Virus record (IMG/VR): IMGVR_UViG_3300023184_000085
DNA: 64,000 nucleotides
Reading direction: 5' to 3' (one strand)
From: an uncultured virus (IMG/VR IMGVR_UViG_3300023184_000085)
Taxonomy: Duplodnaviria > Heunggongvirae > Uroviricota > Caudoviricetes
In this document: piece by piece, positions 49,699-59,532 of the stretch
Layout of the letters: each line of letters opens with the position of its first letter
How positions within the stretch are numbered: the stretch's first letter is position 1
Program-made: the position numbers and the translations under genes
Notes under the pieces: model-generated
Databases searched by the model: none
The model's input: the letters and a program-made list of their open reading frames with translations, nothing else
Told to the model about the DNA's origin: nothing

Positions 49699-51350
49699 AT
49701 CTTATTTACTTCCACTGTGTCTTTTTCTGATTTAATATTTTTATATTTTAAAGAAGCAACAATCAAACCATTGAACAACGGAGCAGCTTGCGTTAGTCTA
49801 CTTTTAAATTCTGGATGAGCTTGTGTTCCAATAAAATATGGATGAACATCTTGCGACAATTCCATGATTTCAATTAGATTAGATTCTGGATTTCTTCCAG
49901 TAACATTGAAATTGTGCTTGCTAAATTCTTCGACATAAACATTATTGACTTCGTAACGATGTCGATGTCTTTCTTTGATGATTTTAGATTCATACAAAGA
50001 ATACGCAATAGAATCTTTATCTAATTCGCAGTCATACGAACCAAGTCTCATAGTTGCTGCTTTTTTATCCATTTTTTCTTGACCAGCAACAAAATGAACC
50101 ACAGGATTTTTAGTGTTTTTATTGAATTCCAAAGAATTAGCATCTTCGTGACATAAAATGTTTCTTGCAATTTCTATAACGGCACATTGCAATCCCAAAC
50201 AAATTCCCAAAAAAGGTATTTTCTTTTCTCTTGCGTATTGAATAGATTTTATCTTTCCTTCTATTCCTCTTACATCGAATCCACCGGGAACTATAATCCC
50301 ATGTAATTCATCAAAATATTTATGAATACCTCTTTGATCTTTATATTTCTCAAGTTCTTCTGCGTTAATCCACTTGATATTTATCTTAGCATCATTGGCT
50401 ATGCCAGCGTGAATCAGAGCTTCTTTGAGTGACATATACGCTTCATCGCAGTTGTCATATTTACCAAAAATACCAACATTAATTGTTTGCATGTTGTTGT
50501 TGTTTACATATTTCTCGACTAATTCTTTGTATTTTTGAATTCTGCATCCTGTTCTTTGCAAATTCAATAAATCAACAAAAAGATCATCGACATGTCTATC
50601 ATAAAAAGCAATAGGCACTTGATAAATCGATGACACATCTGGAGCATCAAACACAGAACCTCTTGGTACACTTGTAATATCAGATATTTTTTTAATTATG
50701 TTTTCTGGAAGTTCTTTGTCGCATCTACAAAATACAACATCTGGCTGTAATCCGTATTTTCTTAAATCACGAACTGAATTTTGCAGTGGTTTGGTCTTAA
50801 ACTCTTTTATTGTCTGAACCCAAAGAACAGGTGCGACTAATACCATCAAAACATTTTTGCTATTTCTAAGTCTAAATTTACTTATAGCTTCGAAAAAAGG
50901 ATCACTTTCATTGTCTCCGACAGTACCTCCTACTTCCGCTATAACAATGTCGTGGTTTTCACCAAGTTTAAGCAATCTTTTTTCTATTTTATTTGTAACA
51001 TGAGGCACAACTTGAATTGTTTCTCCGAGATAATCGCCTCTTTTTTGCTCTGCTATAAGTTCTTCGTATAAGTTGCCACTCGTGCATATGTTTAATTTAC
51101 TTACATTAATTCCAGCTATTCTTTCGTAATGACCAAGATCTAGGTCTGTTTCGGTTCCATCATCACATAAAAAACACTCACCATGTTCTCTTGGAGCCAA
51201 AACTCCAGCATCTGTGTTCAAATAAGGATCAAACTTAATAAGCGTGACATTATGGCCTCTTGATCTTAGAAGCAATCCTATACTGGCTGCACTCACTCCC
51301 TTGCCAGTTCCAGATATAACTCCACCAGCCACAAATATATATTTCGCCAT
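49695..51350 (-). CDS. pyrG: CTP synthase
   Basis: GGVISGTGKG, ETDLDLGHYER, GGTVGD, KTKP, GICLG, RHRHRYE and HPEF motifs. Confidence 0.98.
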   Translation of the reverse strand: MAKYIFVAGGVISGTGKGVSAASIGLLLRSRGHNVTLIKFDPYLNTDAGVLAPREHGECFLCDDGTETDLDLGHYERIAGINVSKLNICTSGNLYEELIAEQKRGDYLGETIQVVPHVTNKIEKRLLKLGENHDIVIAEVGGTVGDNESDPFFEAISKFRLRNSKNVLMVLVAPVLWVQTIKEFKTKPLQNSVRDLRKYGLQPDVVFCRCDKELPENIIKKISDITSVPRGSVFDAPDVSSIYQVPIAFYDRHVDDLFVDLLNLQRTGCRIQKYKELVEKYVNNNNMQTINVGIFGKYDNCDEAYMSLKEALIHAGIANDAKINIKWINAEELEKYKDQRGIHKYFDELHGIIVPGGFDVRGIEGKIKSIQYAREKKIPFLGICLGLQCAVIEIARNILCHEDANSLEFNKNTKNPVVHFVAGQEKMDKKAATMRLGSYDCELDKDSIAYSLYESKIIKERHRHRYEVNNVYVEEFSKHNFNVTGRNPESNLIEIMELSQDVHPYFIGTQAHPEFKSRLTQAAPLFNGLIVASLKYKNIKSEKDTVEVNKI

Positions 51351-51362
51351 TTTAGCTCCAAA

Positions 51363-51665
51363 TCACAAAGAGTTTAAATAATCATTATCTTTATAATAAT
51401 CTCTTGTGATTTTTTTTATTCTTAAGGAAGAAGATTCGTAAATGTACAACTTTCTTTTGTTTGGCTTTAAATCAAATACATTTTTCAATGTATCTTCTAA
51501 ACCACAAAGAAAAATCCATAACCAATACGGGCTATTTTTTAATTGTTTGGAACAAAAATTAAAATATTTGTCCCAACTTAACGAAAGTTTCTTCTTAAAT
51601 ATAATTGAGTATCGATCAATCATCTTTAAACTTTCTTGAACATAATATTCTTTTTCAAATTCCAT
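51363..51665 (-). CDS. Hypothetical protein
   Basis: 100-aa ORF. Confidence 0.5.
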   Translation of the reverse strand: MEFEKEYYVQESLKMIDRYSIIFKKKLSLSWDKYFNFCSKQLKNSPYWLWIFLCGLEDTLKNVFDLKPNKRKLYIYESSSLRIKKITRDYYKDNDYLNSL

Positions 51666-51679
51666 TTTTACCGTTAAAC

Positions 51680-51955
51680 CTATAGTTTTGACATTTTTTC
51701 GTAAATTCTAACCGAATTGATCATTTCTTCTAAGTCCAAATCCTTTATTTTTTCGAATTCGGAGCAATGTTCTTTTATGTTGAAGGTTTTGCCATCGAAA
51801 TCAATCCACTTGTATTTATCGCAATAATAAATAGCAGCTTCAAATCTCATGGAAAAAAACCATTTTTCATATCTTGTTTTTGATAGTATCCTGTTGAATT
51901 CTTTGATTTTCCATTTATTAAATTTTTCTTGTTCGTCTTGTGTTTTTTTAGACAC
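51680..51955 (-). CDS. Hypothetical protein
   Basis: GAGG RBS, GTG start. Confidence 0.55.
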   Translation of the reverse strand: MSKKTQDEQEKFNKWKIKEFNRILSKTRYEKWFFSMRFEAAIYYCDKYKWIDFDGKTFNIKEHCSEFEKIKDLDLEEMINSVRIYEKMSKL

Positions 51956-51985
51956 AACAATTACCTCGATTAACTAGAAACGACT

Positions 51986-52098
51986 TTAGAAAATACTACA
52001 AGCCCCACCAGCACAAGCAATATTTTCCATAAGTTTGGTGTTATCCACATTACTATAATCTACATCCTTGTAAACTATACTCAAAATTTATTGTTGTT
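51986..52098 (-). repeat. Degenerate direct-repeat copy of the RNR 3' end (partner 52678-52812)
   Basis: Manual alignment: near-identical blocks with 12-nt and 10-nt deletions; encodes ...YKDVDYSNVDNTKLMENIACAGGACSIF*. Confidence 0.9.
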
Positions 52099-52108
52099 AA
52101 CGAATTAA

Positions 52109-52627
52109 TCAACTGGTAACGGTGATGCGATATTCTTCTTTGTGAAAAGATTTATAAAATTGCACACTAATCGATTTAAAAACAGACCAAATATCACATG
52201 AAAATTCGATTGAATCATTTGGTTTATAGCCATATGGTACATCACTATTCCAACAGAGACTAATCGAACCTTCGTGTGGTGATACTACCAACAAGAATTC
52301 TCTGTCGTTTTCTCTCATCTCATCGATAAAGTCAAAAACCCTACGATCCTCTTCATCATCCCATAGTATCAATATTTCTCTGTAAATAGAAAATTTTCCT
52401 GTAAGCGCATAAGTACTAAAAAATGGAATTAATTTTCGATGTAAATCATAATTATCAAGAATTTTCAAGTCTGAAAAAATTTCTATTTTTTTGTGATCTG
52501 GATTATCTAAAAAAGTCTTCGAATTAGTAACTTCAATAAAACCTCTATTATCTATTAGTTCGAGTTCTTTTTTCAATTCATTAAGATCGAGTGGTTCGTA
52601 ATCGAGTGATTCGTAGTCGATAACCAT
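52109..52627 (-). CDS. Hypothetical protein between the RNR-end repeats
   Basis: GCAGG upstream of ATG 52627; acidic ORF. Confidence 0.6.
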   Translation of the reverse strand: MVIDYESLDYEPLDLNELKKELELIDNRGFIEVTNSKTFLDNPDHKKIEIFSDLKILDNYDLHRKLIPFFSTYALTGKFSIYREILILWDDEEDRRVFDFIDEMRENDREFLLVVSPHEGSISLCWNSDVPYGYKPNDSIEFSCDIWSVFKSISVQFYKSFHKEEYRITVTS

Positions 52628-52677
52628 GATAGCACCTGCCTTTAAATAAAATAAAACAACAAAACATAAAAACGCCA

Positions 52678-54921
52678 TTAGAAAGTACTACAAGTTCCAC
52701 CAGCACAAGCAACATTTTCCATAAGTTTGGTGTTATCTTCTTCTTCGTGCATATTACTATAATCCACATCCTTGTAAACTCTAGTCAAATCTTCCCATAA
52801 TTTATTGTTGTTTATGTCTTTTAAAAGATAAGTAAGTTCTTTGATGTTGTTCTGCAAATGTCTTTCTGCAAATTGTTTGGCTCTACGAACCCAATCTTTT
52901 TGCAAATTACAGTGTACCCATTCAGACTGCAATTTCTGCATTATTTCATCGTTTAATTTTTCTGGCACTTTTGGCTCTTGAACCTCGAAAACGCCCAAAG
53001 CAGCATCACAAGCTCGCCATAGGTTGTTGTTGAATGCATGGAGTGCATCGACAATCAATCCAGAAGCATAAATGCAACCTTTCCCATATTTGTCGACTAT
53101 TTCTTGAACTGTAAGAACTTTAGTAAACGGAGCTTGTGGGTAATCCAAATCTCCCGTAGAACCAAGCAAAGATATACCAGCGAAACTTTCACGATTTTCA
53201 TAAATAAACTCTTCTACATCTTCCCATTCAGTTTCCTTGACATTAATCGTATTACTTACATTGTGAGACATCCAAGGATGCACACATTTATCAGGTCTTT
53301 TACCAGCTTCGACCCAATTTTCTTGAACTAATTTAACGGTTTCTAGAAGTTGAACAGCAGAAATATTGTCTTTTGTTATTACATGTTCTGGCATTTCAAT
53401 TAAAAAACTAATTACTTCGTCAGTACCATTTGCATTCCATACTGAATTTTCAATAGCACTAGGATTGTAAACTTTAAAATGCTGAATTGGATTTTCAGTA
53501 GCGTTACTTTGAACTCTACGAATATATCTTCGTGCATGTGCAGGATGAACGCCACTAGATGTTCCAAGCAAACAACTTGCTGTTCCTTCTGGCTTTACAC
53601 AAGTTGCTCTTGCTGCAACATTAATTCCAATTTTATTTGCAATATCTTCATTAGTCTGAAGAACTATACCTGCCATTTCACGAAGATTATTTTTATCTAA
53701 AGTTACACTTGGATAGTCCATGATTCCAGTTATGCTAACACCAAGAAGTGCTTCTTTTTTTATAATAAATTCACTAACCTTTCCAAGATAATCAAAATCA
53801 GTATAACCAGCTTGCAAAGTTCCAATTATAGAAGCAACTTTTGCAGCCAAAGCAAAATTTTCTTTAGTTTGTAATTTTGATCCATTTATAGTGCAAAGAT
53901 TACAAGCCTGCCATCCAGAATTGCCTTGCTCATCATAACCGTACAAATTAATTTCGACGCAGGGATTAAACAAAGATTCGGTACTATGACTCCAAATAAT
54001 TCCCGGCTCACCGAATTGCCTAGTAGATTCAAATAAACGATGATAGTCTTCTCTTCCTGTAATGTTTTTTAACAATAATGCACTATTATTAGATCTTGCT
54101 CTTTGTGGATTTTCATAATACCAATCTCCAATTTTAGCATTAAGCATCAATTCATCATCGACACTAAACATAGCAAGACACGCACTACGACGAACTCCCC
54201 CTGATAAAACAGCATCAGAAGCATGCATTATTATGTCGTATGCATCAATTGTTCTTAATTTTTTACTACCAGAATCAACAGACTTATTAAAAACTTCACG
54301 AATTTTTTCTAATGCTTTTTCAAGTGGTTCATGTCCGGGTGCTTTGCCTACTCCATAAGATAAAGATGAACCTTTTGGTCTAATAGCAGAATAATCAAAA
54401 GTTACTTTTTTGCCATGGAAATCAGAAAATTCATCATGCGGACTATAGCTTGCAGTCAATACTCCAAGAGCATCTGCCCATCCTTCTATGCTGTCATCAA
54501 TTTTATAAATTTTTTCTTCTGATAAATCAGTTGATTTAGAAATGTGAAAATCTGGTAATTTATCAACATGGTGTCGTTGAACAGAGAATCCGGTTCCACA
54601 ACCATTAAGCAGAAGCCAAGTACATTCCTGAAAAAATCTAGGTCTATCACAGTAAGAACTAATGCAATTATAAATTTTTGCATTACGCTTTAAAATTGGA
54701 TCTCCACCAAACTGTAACGCTCTTTGACTGCCAAGTGCTATTTTATTATGAACATGTTCAAATGCCCAATTAATATCATCTGCTACCATTGGATATTTTG
54801 TAAGATGCATGTTCTTGACACGCTCAATCGCTTCGTGCCAAGTTTCTCTTCTTTTTTTAGTTTTATCATATCGTGCATAACGACTTGCAAAAGTATAATC
54901 CGACAATGCTTTAGTTGACAT
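52678..54921 (-). CDS. nrdJ: Ribonucleotide reductase large subunit, probably class II (NrdJ-type)
   Basis: YNC, GGVRRSA, NPCVEI, TCVKPEGT and C-terminal CAGGTC; no ATP cone; no beta subunit in the window (class less certain than family). Confidence 0.85.
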   Translation of the reverse strand: MSTKALSDYTFASRYARYDKTKKRRETWHEAIERVKNMHLTKYPMVADDINWAFEHVHNKIALGSQRALQFGGDPILKRNAKIYNCISSYCDRPRFFQECTWLLLNGCGTGFSVQRHHVDKLPDFHISKSTDLSEEKIYKIDDSIEGWADALGVLTASYSPHDEFSDFHGKKVTFDYSAIRPKGSSLSYGVGKAPGHEPLEKALEKIREVFNKSVDSGSKKLRTIDAYDIIMHASDAVLSGGVRRSACLAMFSVDDELMLNAKIGDWYYENPQRARSNNSALLLKNITGREDYHRLFESTRQFGEPGIIWSHSTESLFNPCVEINLYGYDEQGNSGWQACNLCTINGSKLQTKENFALAAKVASIIGTLQAGYTDFDYLGKVSEFIIKKEALLGVSITGIMDYPSVTLDKNNLREMAGIVLQTNEDIANKIGINVAARATCVKPEGTASCLLGTSSGVHPAHARRYIRRVQSNATENPIQHFKVYNPSAIENSVWNANGTDEVISFLIEMPEHVITKDNISAVQLLETVKLVQENWVEAGKRPDKCVHPWMSHNVSNTINVKETEWEDVEEFIYENRESFAGISLLGSTGDLDYPQAPFTKVLTVQEIVDKYGKGCIYASGLIVDALHAFNNNLWRACDAALGVFEVQEPKVPEKLNDEIMQKLQSEWVHCNLQKDWVRRAKQFAERHLQNNIKELTYLLKDINNNKLWEDLTRVYKDVDYSNMHEEEDNTKLMENVACAGGTCSTF

Positions 54922-54988
54922 TTAAACTCCAGTTAAAAATTCTAGGGAAAGTATTTAAGATTAAAGTTTTTATTTTTATCAAAAAAAA

Positions 54989-57019
54989 TTAATCTTTTTT
55001 AATTTTAGTAAAACCATTTTGATGAATTAATTGAATAACATCAGAACCTTCTAGCATTTTAATCAAATCTTGATCGTGACTAGTTATAAACACCTGTTTT
55101 TCCTCACTTAAAGCGTGGATTATATTATGAATCCCTTGTACTCCTAAAGGATCTATGTTTGTTGTAACTTCATCTAAGAACATCAAAGAAGGAGAACAGC
55201 CAGCAGTAACACTCATAACATCAGCAAATGCTTGTGAAACAGCTAAATTCAATCTTCTTCTTTGACCAGCAGACATTGCGTAATAAATATAAGGAGTTCC
55301 ATCTGGAGGGTTTCTTTCTATAATTTCATTGAATTCACTATCGAATTTAAGATCAATTACATTATCGTTTAAATATTGAAGCCAAAAAGCTATACGATTA
55401 TTTAATTGAGGAATTATTTCATCCACAATTATTTTCCTTATACCTTTGTCGCCAAAACCTTGAGACCAAAATTGGTAATATGGAATTTCTTCTTCTATTG
55501 ATTTTATTTCTTTTATTTTAGCATCGTTCTTAACCAAGCAATCATCTATTTCTTCTTTGCCGATTTTTATCATTTCTGTATAAGGATCATTATTCGCAAC
55601 ATCTAATATTTTTTGATTTATAGATTCTTTGATTTGTTTTATTTTTGTTTGAAGTTCGATTGTTTTAGATTCGGCTTGTGGTTCTTTTATTTTACTTTTT
55701 TCTAACAATTCCTTAGTGTCGTTTTCTATCTTTGTTTTTAGTTCGTTTAATTTTGTTTTAAATTCTAATTCTATTGATATAACTTTATTAAAGTTTTCAG
55801 TTTTTTCTTGTTGTTGTTGTTCCAAAGGAACTAATTCGTTTAGTTTTTCTTTTATTTGCAATTTTAATTTTTCAATTACATTTGTTTCTTCTTTGATTAC
55901 GAAGTCGATATTATTCGGGTCTATTTCTCCATGACAATAATTACAAACTTTATGATCTTTTTTAGAAGCTAACGAGTCTATATGTGATTGTATGTCGGTT
56001 ATTTTATTTTTAAGATCTCTGCAAACAAGTTTTATTTCTGCAATTAAAGGCCTTATAGCTTCAATCTCGTTTGTAATTTTTATTTTTTTATCATCTATGA
56101 ATTCTTTTTTATCAGCTAATTTTTTAAATGATATTTTGTTTTCTTCGATTAAATCATTAAGTTCTTTAATTCTATTTTGTGCTATATTGTAAATATCAAT
56201 TAATTCTGAGTAATCGGAATTTTCTAATTCTTTTTCGCATAGTACAAGATCATTTTTAAGTTTTTGTATTTCTGATTTTATAGAATTTTGCCACGAAGTA
56301 CTTTTGAATTTTAATTGTTCTTGTTTTGCTTCTAATGATTTCTTGTGAGAATCCATTAGTTCGTATTCTTTAGTCGATGAAGCGATATTAGATTTTTTAT
56401 TTTTGTATCCTTCGTTTGCTTTTTCTTGCCATTTTCTATAAACACCTAATGACAATAAGTTTTCAATAATTTGTCTTTTTACTGGTGTTTCGCTTTCGAG
56501 AAAACTATTGCTTTGATCATCTGAGAAAACACATATACTTAAAAATGTTTCGTAGTTTAATCCTAATTTGTCTTCGATTAAAACTTGAGTTTCATCCATA
56601 GAACCAGTAGTTATTTCTGTGGTGTCATCCCATTTATGTTCTTCGCTTTCCCAAAGTCGCAAAGTGTTTTTGCTTCTTGTTCTGACTATTTTGAAGTCAT
56701 CCCAAATGATTACGACCTTGCAATTCTTACCTACTAAATTATGAATTACCCCATCTTTTTTAAGTGCCGTGTGTTTTTTTACGGTCTTGCCGAATAATCC
56801 GTAGACAATTATTTCTTGTATGCTTGACTTCCCACTGCCATTACTGGATATTTTATTTTCTTCCGATAACGAAGCGTCTTCGTTGTTCGATTTAGCGTCT
56901 TTGTTTAACCCTTGAATGAAAATTACATTTGAATGATCTTCGAAATTAATCTCTATTCCTTCTGGACCAAAACAAAGGAAATTATAGGCGGATATGTGTT
57001 TGAATTTTAAATTTTTCAT
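54989..57019 (-). CDS. SbcC/Rad50-like ATPase (T4 gp46-like)
   Basis: NGSGKS Walker A, coiled coil with CNYC hook, SAGQ signature, LDE and TSH motifs. Confidence 0.93.
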   Translation of the reverse strand: MKNLKFKHISAYNFLCFGPEGIEINFEDHSNVIFIQGLNKDAKSNNEDASLSEENKISSNGSGKSSIQEIIVYGLFGKTVKKHTALKKDGVIHNLVGKNCKVVIIWDDFKIVRTRSKNTLRLWESEEHKWDDTTEITTGSMDETQVLIEDKLGLNYETFLSICVFSDDQSNSFLESETPVKRQIIENLLSLGVYRKWQEKANEGYKNKKSNIASSTKEYELMDSHKKSLEAKQEQLKFKSTSWQNSIKSEIQKLKNDLVLCEKELENSDYSELIDIYNIAQNRIKELNDLIEENKISFKKLADKKEFIDDKKIKITNEIEAIRPLIAEIKLVCRDLKNKITDIQSHIDSLASKKDHKVCNYCHGEIDPNNIDFVIKEETNVIEKLKLQIKEKLNELVPLEQQQQEKTENFNKVISIELEFKTKLNELKTKIENDTKELLEKSKIKEPQAESKTIELQTKIKQIKESINQKILDVANNDPYTEMIKIGKEEIDDCLVKNDAKIKEIKSIEEEIPYYQFWSQGFGDKGIRKIIVDEIIPQLNNRIAFWLQYLNDNVIDLKFDSEFNEIIERNPPDGTPYIYYAMSAGQRRRLNLAVSQAFADVMSVTAGCSPSLMFLDEVTTNIDPLGVQGIHNIIHALSEEKQVFITSHDQDLIKMLEGSDVIQLIHQNGFTKIKKD

Positions 57020-57086
57020 TGATACAAATAACTATAAATTATTTGTTTTAGCAAGACTGATTCTTTAGAATTTTAATTATATTTTA

Positions 57087-58142
57087 TTAGTTCGACTCAG
57101 AGCAAATAATGTTTCCAATTTCTAAAAGTTTACCATCATCAAGACCTTCGTGCGGAACGACCTTGATGTACTCTTTCAACATGTCGGAACCTTTTGATAA
57201 AATCGATTTTGCGTTATCGATCTTGTGTTCCGATAAATTCTCTTTTACTTGCTTTATTTCTAAAGAACCTAATTTGTTTTCAGAAATTATTTCTTTTTTT
57301 AAATTTAAAACATCCAAAGAAGAAATATCATTAACCGAAACTCTGACGAAATTATTTTCAAGATCATGTTTATCGATATCTTCTGATTTAATGATTAAGT
57401 GTTTCGGACTGAAATCGTTCAATATGTATTCGCATTCTTTTTTGTCTTGATCGAAAATAATTAAATGTTTTTCTTGGAATGCTTCTCCAAACGAAAGTTG
57501 CAACGGAGAACCAATGTATTCAACATTCACATCTAATTTTTGACTGGCGTGATAATGACCTAAAAACACATGCTTGTATCCTTTAAATATTTCCGATTTA
57601 ACAACGACCATATCCCCATCATGTTCTATGACAACATCAGAAATAACATTGGTGTGTAATTTAGCTCCGTCTATGGCCAAGTGACCAATGGCGTACTCTT
57701 TTTTCCCATCTAGTTCGTTTAATTTTTTTATTGAAACGATTGGGTCGTGTGTGAAGGGGATGAAATCCCAATTGTGATCATCTATTTTAATTCTTTCGAC
57801 TTCAGATATCACACGAATATTCGAAATATCCGAAAATGGAATCACACTGCTTATATTAGTTTTTTCATTGAACCACAAATCGTGATTACCGAGCAACAAA
57901 TATAAATTAAACTTTTTAGTGTTTAACCATTTTCTTATAATTTCATATGTTTTTTGATAGGCGAAAATTTCTATTTTTTGTCTGTCGTGAAATAAATCGC
58001 CACCAAAAATAATATTTTTAATGTTGTTTTTTTCTGCCGTCTGAAAGACCCAATCTAAAACATTAAGACAATCATTTAATCTCTCTGTTTTTCTTTTATG
58101 GGTCGCAATATGAATGTCTGAAAAAAGAAGAACTTTGTTCAT
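57087..58142 (-). CDS. SbcD/Mre11-like nuclease (T4 gp47-like)
   Basis: SDIH, GDLFH, GNHD, GHYH and YIGSP motifs. Confidence 0.93.
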   Translation of the reverse strand: MNKVLLFSDIHIATHKRKTERLNDCLNVLDWVFQTAEKNNIKNIIFGGDLFHDRQKIEIFAYQKTYEIIRKWLNTKKFNLYLLLGNHDLWFNEKTNISSVIPFSDISNIRVISEVERIKIDDHNWDFIPFTHDPIVSIKKLNELDGKKEYAIGHLAIDGAKLHTNVISDVVIEHDGDMVVVKSEIFKGYKHVFLGHYHASQKLDVNVEYIGSPLQLSFGEAFQEKHLIIFDQDKKECEYILNDFSPKHLIIKSEDIDKHDLENNFVRVSVNDISSLDVLNLKKEIISENKLGSLEIKQVKENLSEHKIDNAKSILSKGSDMLKEYIKVVPHEGLDDGKLLEIGNIICSESN

Positions 58143-58223
58143 GAAATTTTATCTTTAATTGGTGCTAAAAATTTAAATCATATGCATTTGTTAAATTAAC
58201 ATGATTAAAAATATATTTCAATA

Positions 58224-58550
58224 TTACTTTTGAGATTTTTTGTCACCATATTTTTTTTCTATAAGTTCCCAAACATCTTTTGCTAATATTTTTGCTGCAA
58301 CAGGTTTTTTAACAGGTCCAGTTGGCGCACCGCCACCACCCATAGCTGGTGGCATGCCTCCACCGCCTCCGCCCATAGCTGGTGGTGGCGCACCTCCGCC
58401 CATAGCTGGTGGTGGCGCACCTCCGCCGGGAGGCGGGGCTGCTTCTGGTGGCATACCGCCACCGGGAGGTGCTGCTCCTGCTGCTGGAGGAGGAGTAGCT
58501 TCCGTAAAAATACTACTTCGTACTTTAATAAATTCTAAAAATGTTTGCAT
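58224..58550 (-). CDS. Pro/Gly-rich protein, candidate internal head protein
   Basis: MQTFLEFI start; PPPAMGGG repeats; TATAAATA 4 nt upstream of the ATG. Confidence 0.65.
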   Translation of the reverse strand: MQTFLEFIKVRSSIFTEATPPPAAGAAPPGGGMPPEAAPPPGGGAPPPAMGGGAPPPAMGGGGGGMPPAMGGGGAPTGPVKKPVAAKILAKDVWELIEKKYGDKKSQK

Positions 58551-58606
58551 AATCTATTTATATGAGATATTTATTTTTTTTTTAGTAATAATGACTATAT
58601 AATAAA

Positions 58607-58742
58607 CCTATAGGATGAATATTGTTTCTCCTCGAAAATGTGTGTTGGTACTTACCCAATCAAAACCACACATAATTTTTATGAGGAATATAAGGTGTAG
58701 CCTTGGTAGCTAAAAAATTATTAAGCTACCAAGGCTCTTTTT
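58607..58742 (+). ncRNA. Candidate small structured RNA with intrinsic terminator
   Basis: Nested stems TCCTC/GAGGA, ATGTGTG/CACACAT, TTGG/CCAA, then a 13-bp hairpin agccttggtagct/agctaccaaggct and a T-run. Confidence 0.4.
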
Positions 58743-58778
58743 ATTTAAAAATTTGATAACTAAACATTAAATACAAAT

Positions 58779-59249
58779 ATGATTAAATTTTCAGAATATA
58801 TAAATTTGAAAGAACAAGAAGGCGTAGACTCTACATTCGTCAACAATGTGGACTCAAACACTGTAAAATCGCCTATTCCACAACGATCAATCACTCAGCA
58901 ACAATCAATCGATCAGCAACGATTAATACAGACTGGCGAAAAATGGAGCATGAGTAAAGAAGAAGTCATGAAACTTTGGCAAAGAATTCCTCTCGGAACG
59001 CCAATCGCAATGAAACCAGTAGATAGTGACCACAAAGGATCAACCTTTAGCGAAGACGCTATTCGTATCACTGGCAGCAAAGAATTTATAGAATCTGTAA
59101 TTTCTAGGCTAAAAGAATTTTTAAAATACGAAAGCGAAACCACAAAATTAAATATTTCTTATAGAGAAACCTCTTCTCCAAGTCTCGAAGAAGAAGGTAT
59201 GGGTAAAAAATCTTATGTATTTTACATACAAAGCAAAACACGAGGATAA
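58779..59249 (+). CDS. Hypothetical protein, candidate internal head protein
   Basis: MIKFSEYINLKE start. Confidence 0.65.
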   Translation: MIKFSEYINLKEQEGVDSTFVNNVDSNTVKSPIPQRSITQQQSIDQQRLIQTGEKWSMSKEEVMKLWQRIPLGTPIAMKPVDSDHKGSTFSEDAIRITGSKEFIESVISRLKEFLKYESETTKLNISYRETSSPSLEEEGMGKKSYVFYIQSKTRG

Positions 59250-59516
59250 ATGGCAGATAATAAAAAAGATAATAAAAAAGATAATAAAAAAGATAATAAA
59301 AAAGTAGATTCTGGAATAAAAAGTGCAATTGTTGACATAGCAAACAATTTATCCAAGGTATTCAAAAAATACACAAGACACACAAGAGAAAAAGCATGGA
59401 AGGTCTTGCTAGACACAGAAGCGGAAAAAGAAATGAAAAAACTATTGCAAGATCCAAGCAGACCACTTAACATGTTCTCTAAGTTAAATTTCAAGGAATG
59501 GTTATCACAAGGCTAA
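59250..59516 (+). CDS. Small basic protein with DNKK repeats
   Basis: GAGGA RBS; 12-bp tandem repeat gataataaaaaa. Confidence 0.55.
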   Translation: MADNKKDNKKDNKKDNKKVDSGIKSAIVDIANNLSKVFKKYTRHTREKAWKVLLDTEAEKEMKKLLQDPSRPLNMFSKLNFKEWLSQG

Positions 59517-59532
59517 CGCTAGGAAGCGAAAA

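Noticed and set aside
51986..52812. RNR-end repeat pair as a DGR template/variable repeat
   Set aside because: Differences are not adenine-specific, include deletions, and no reverse transcriptase is in the window.
58240..58602. + strand Pro/Gly-rich ORF
   Set aside because: Antisense shadow of the GC-rich repeat gene 58224..58550.
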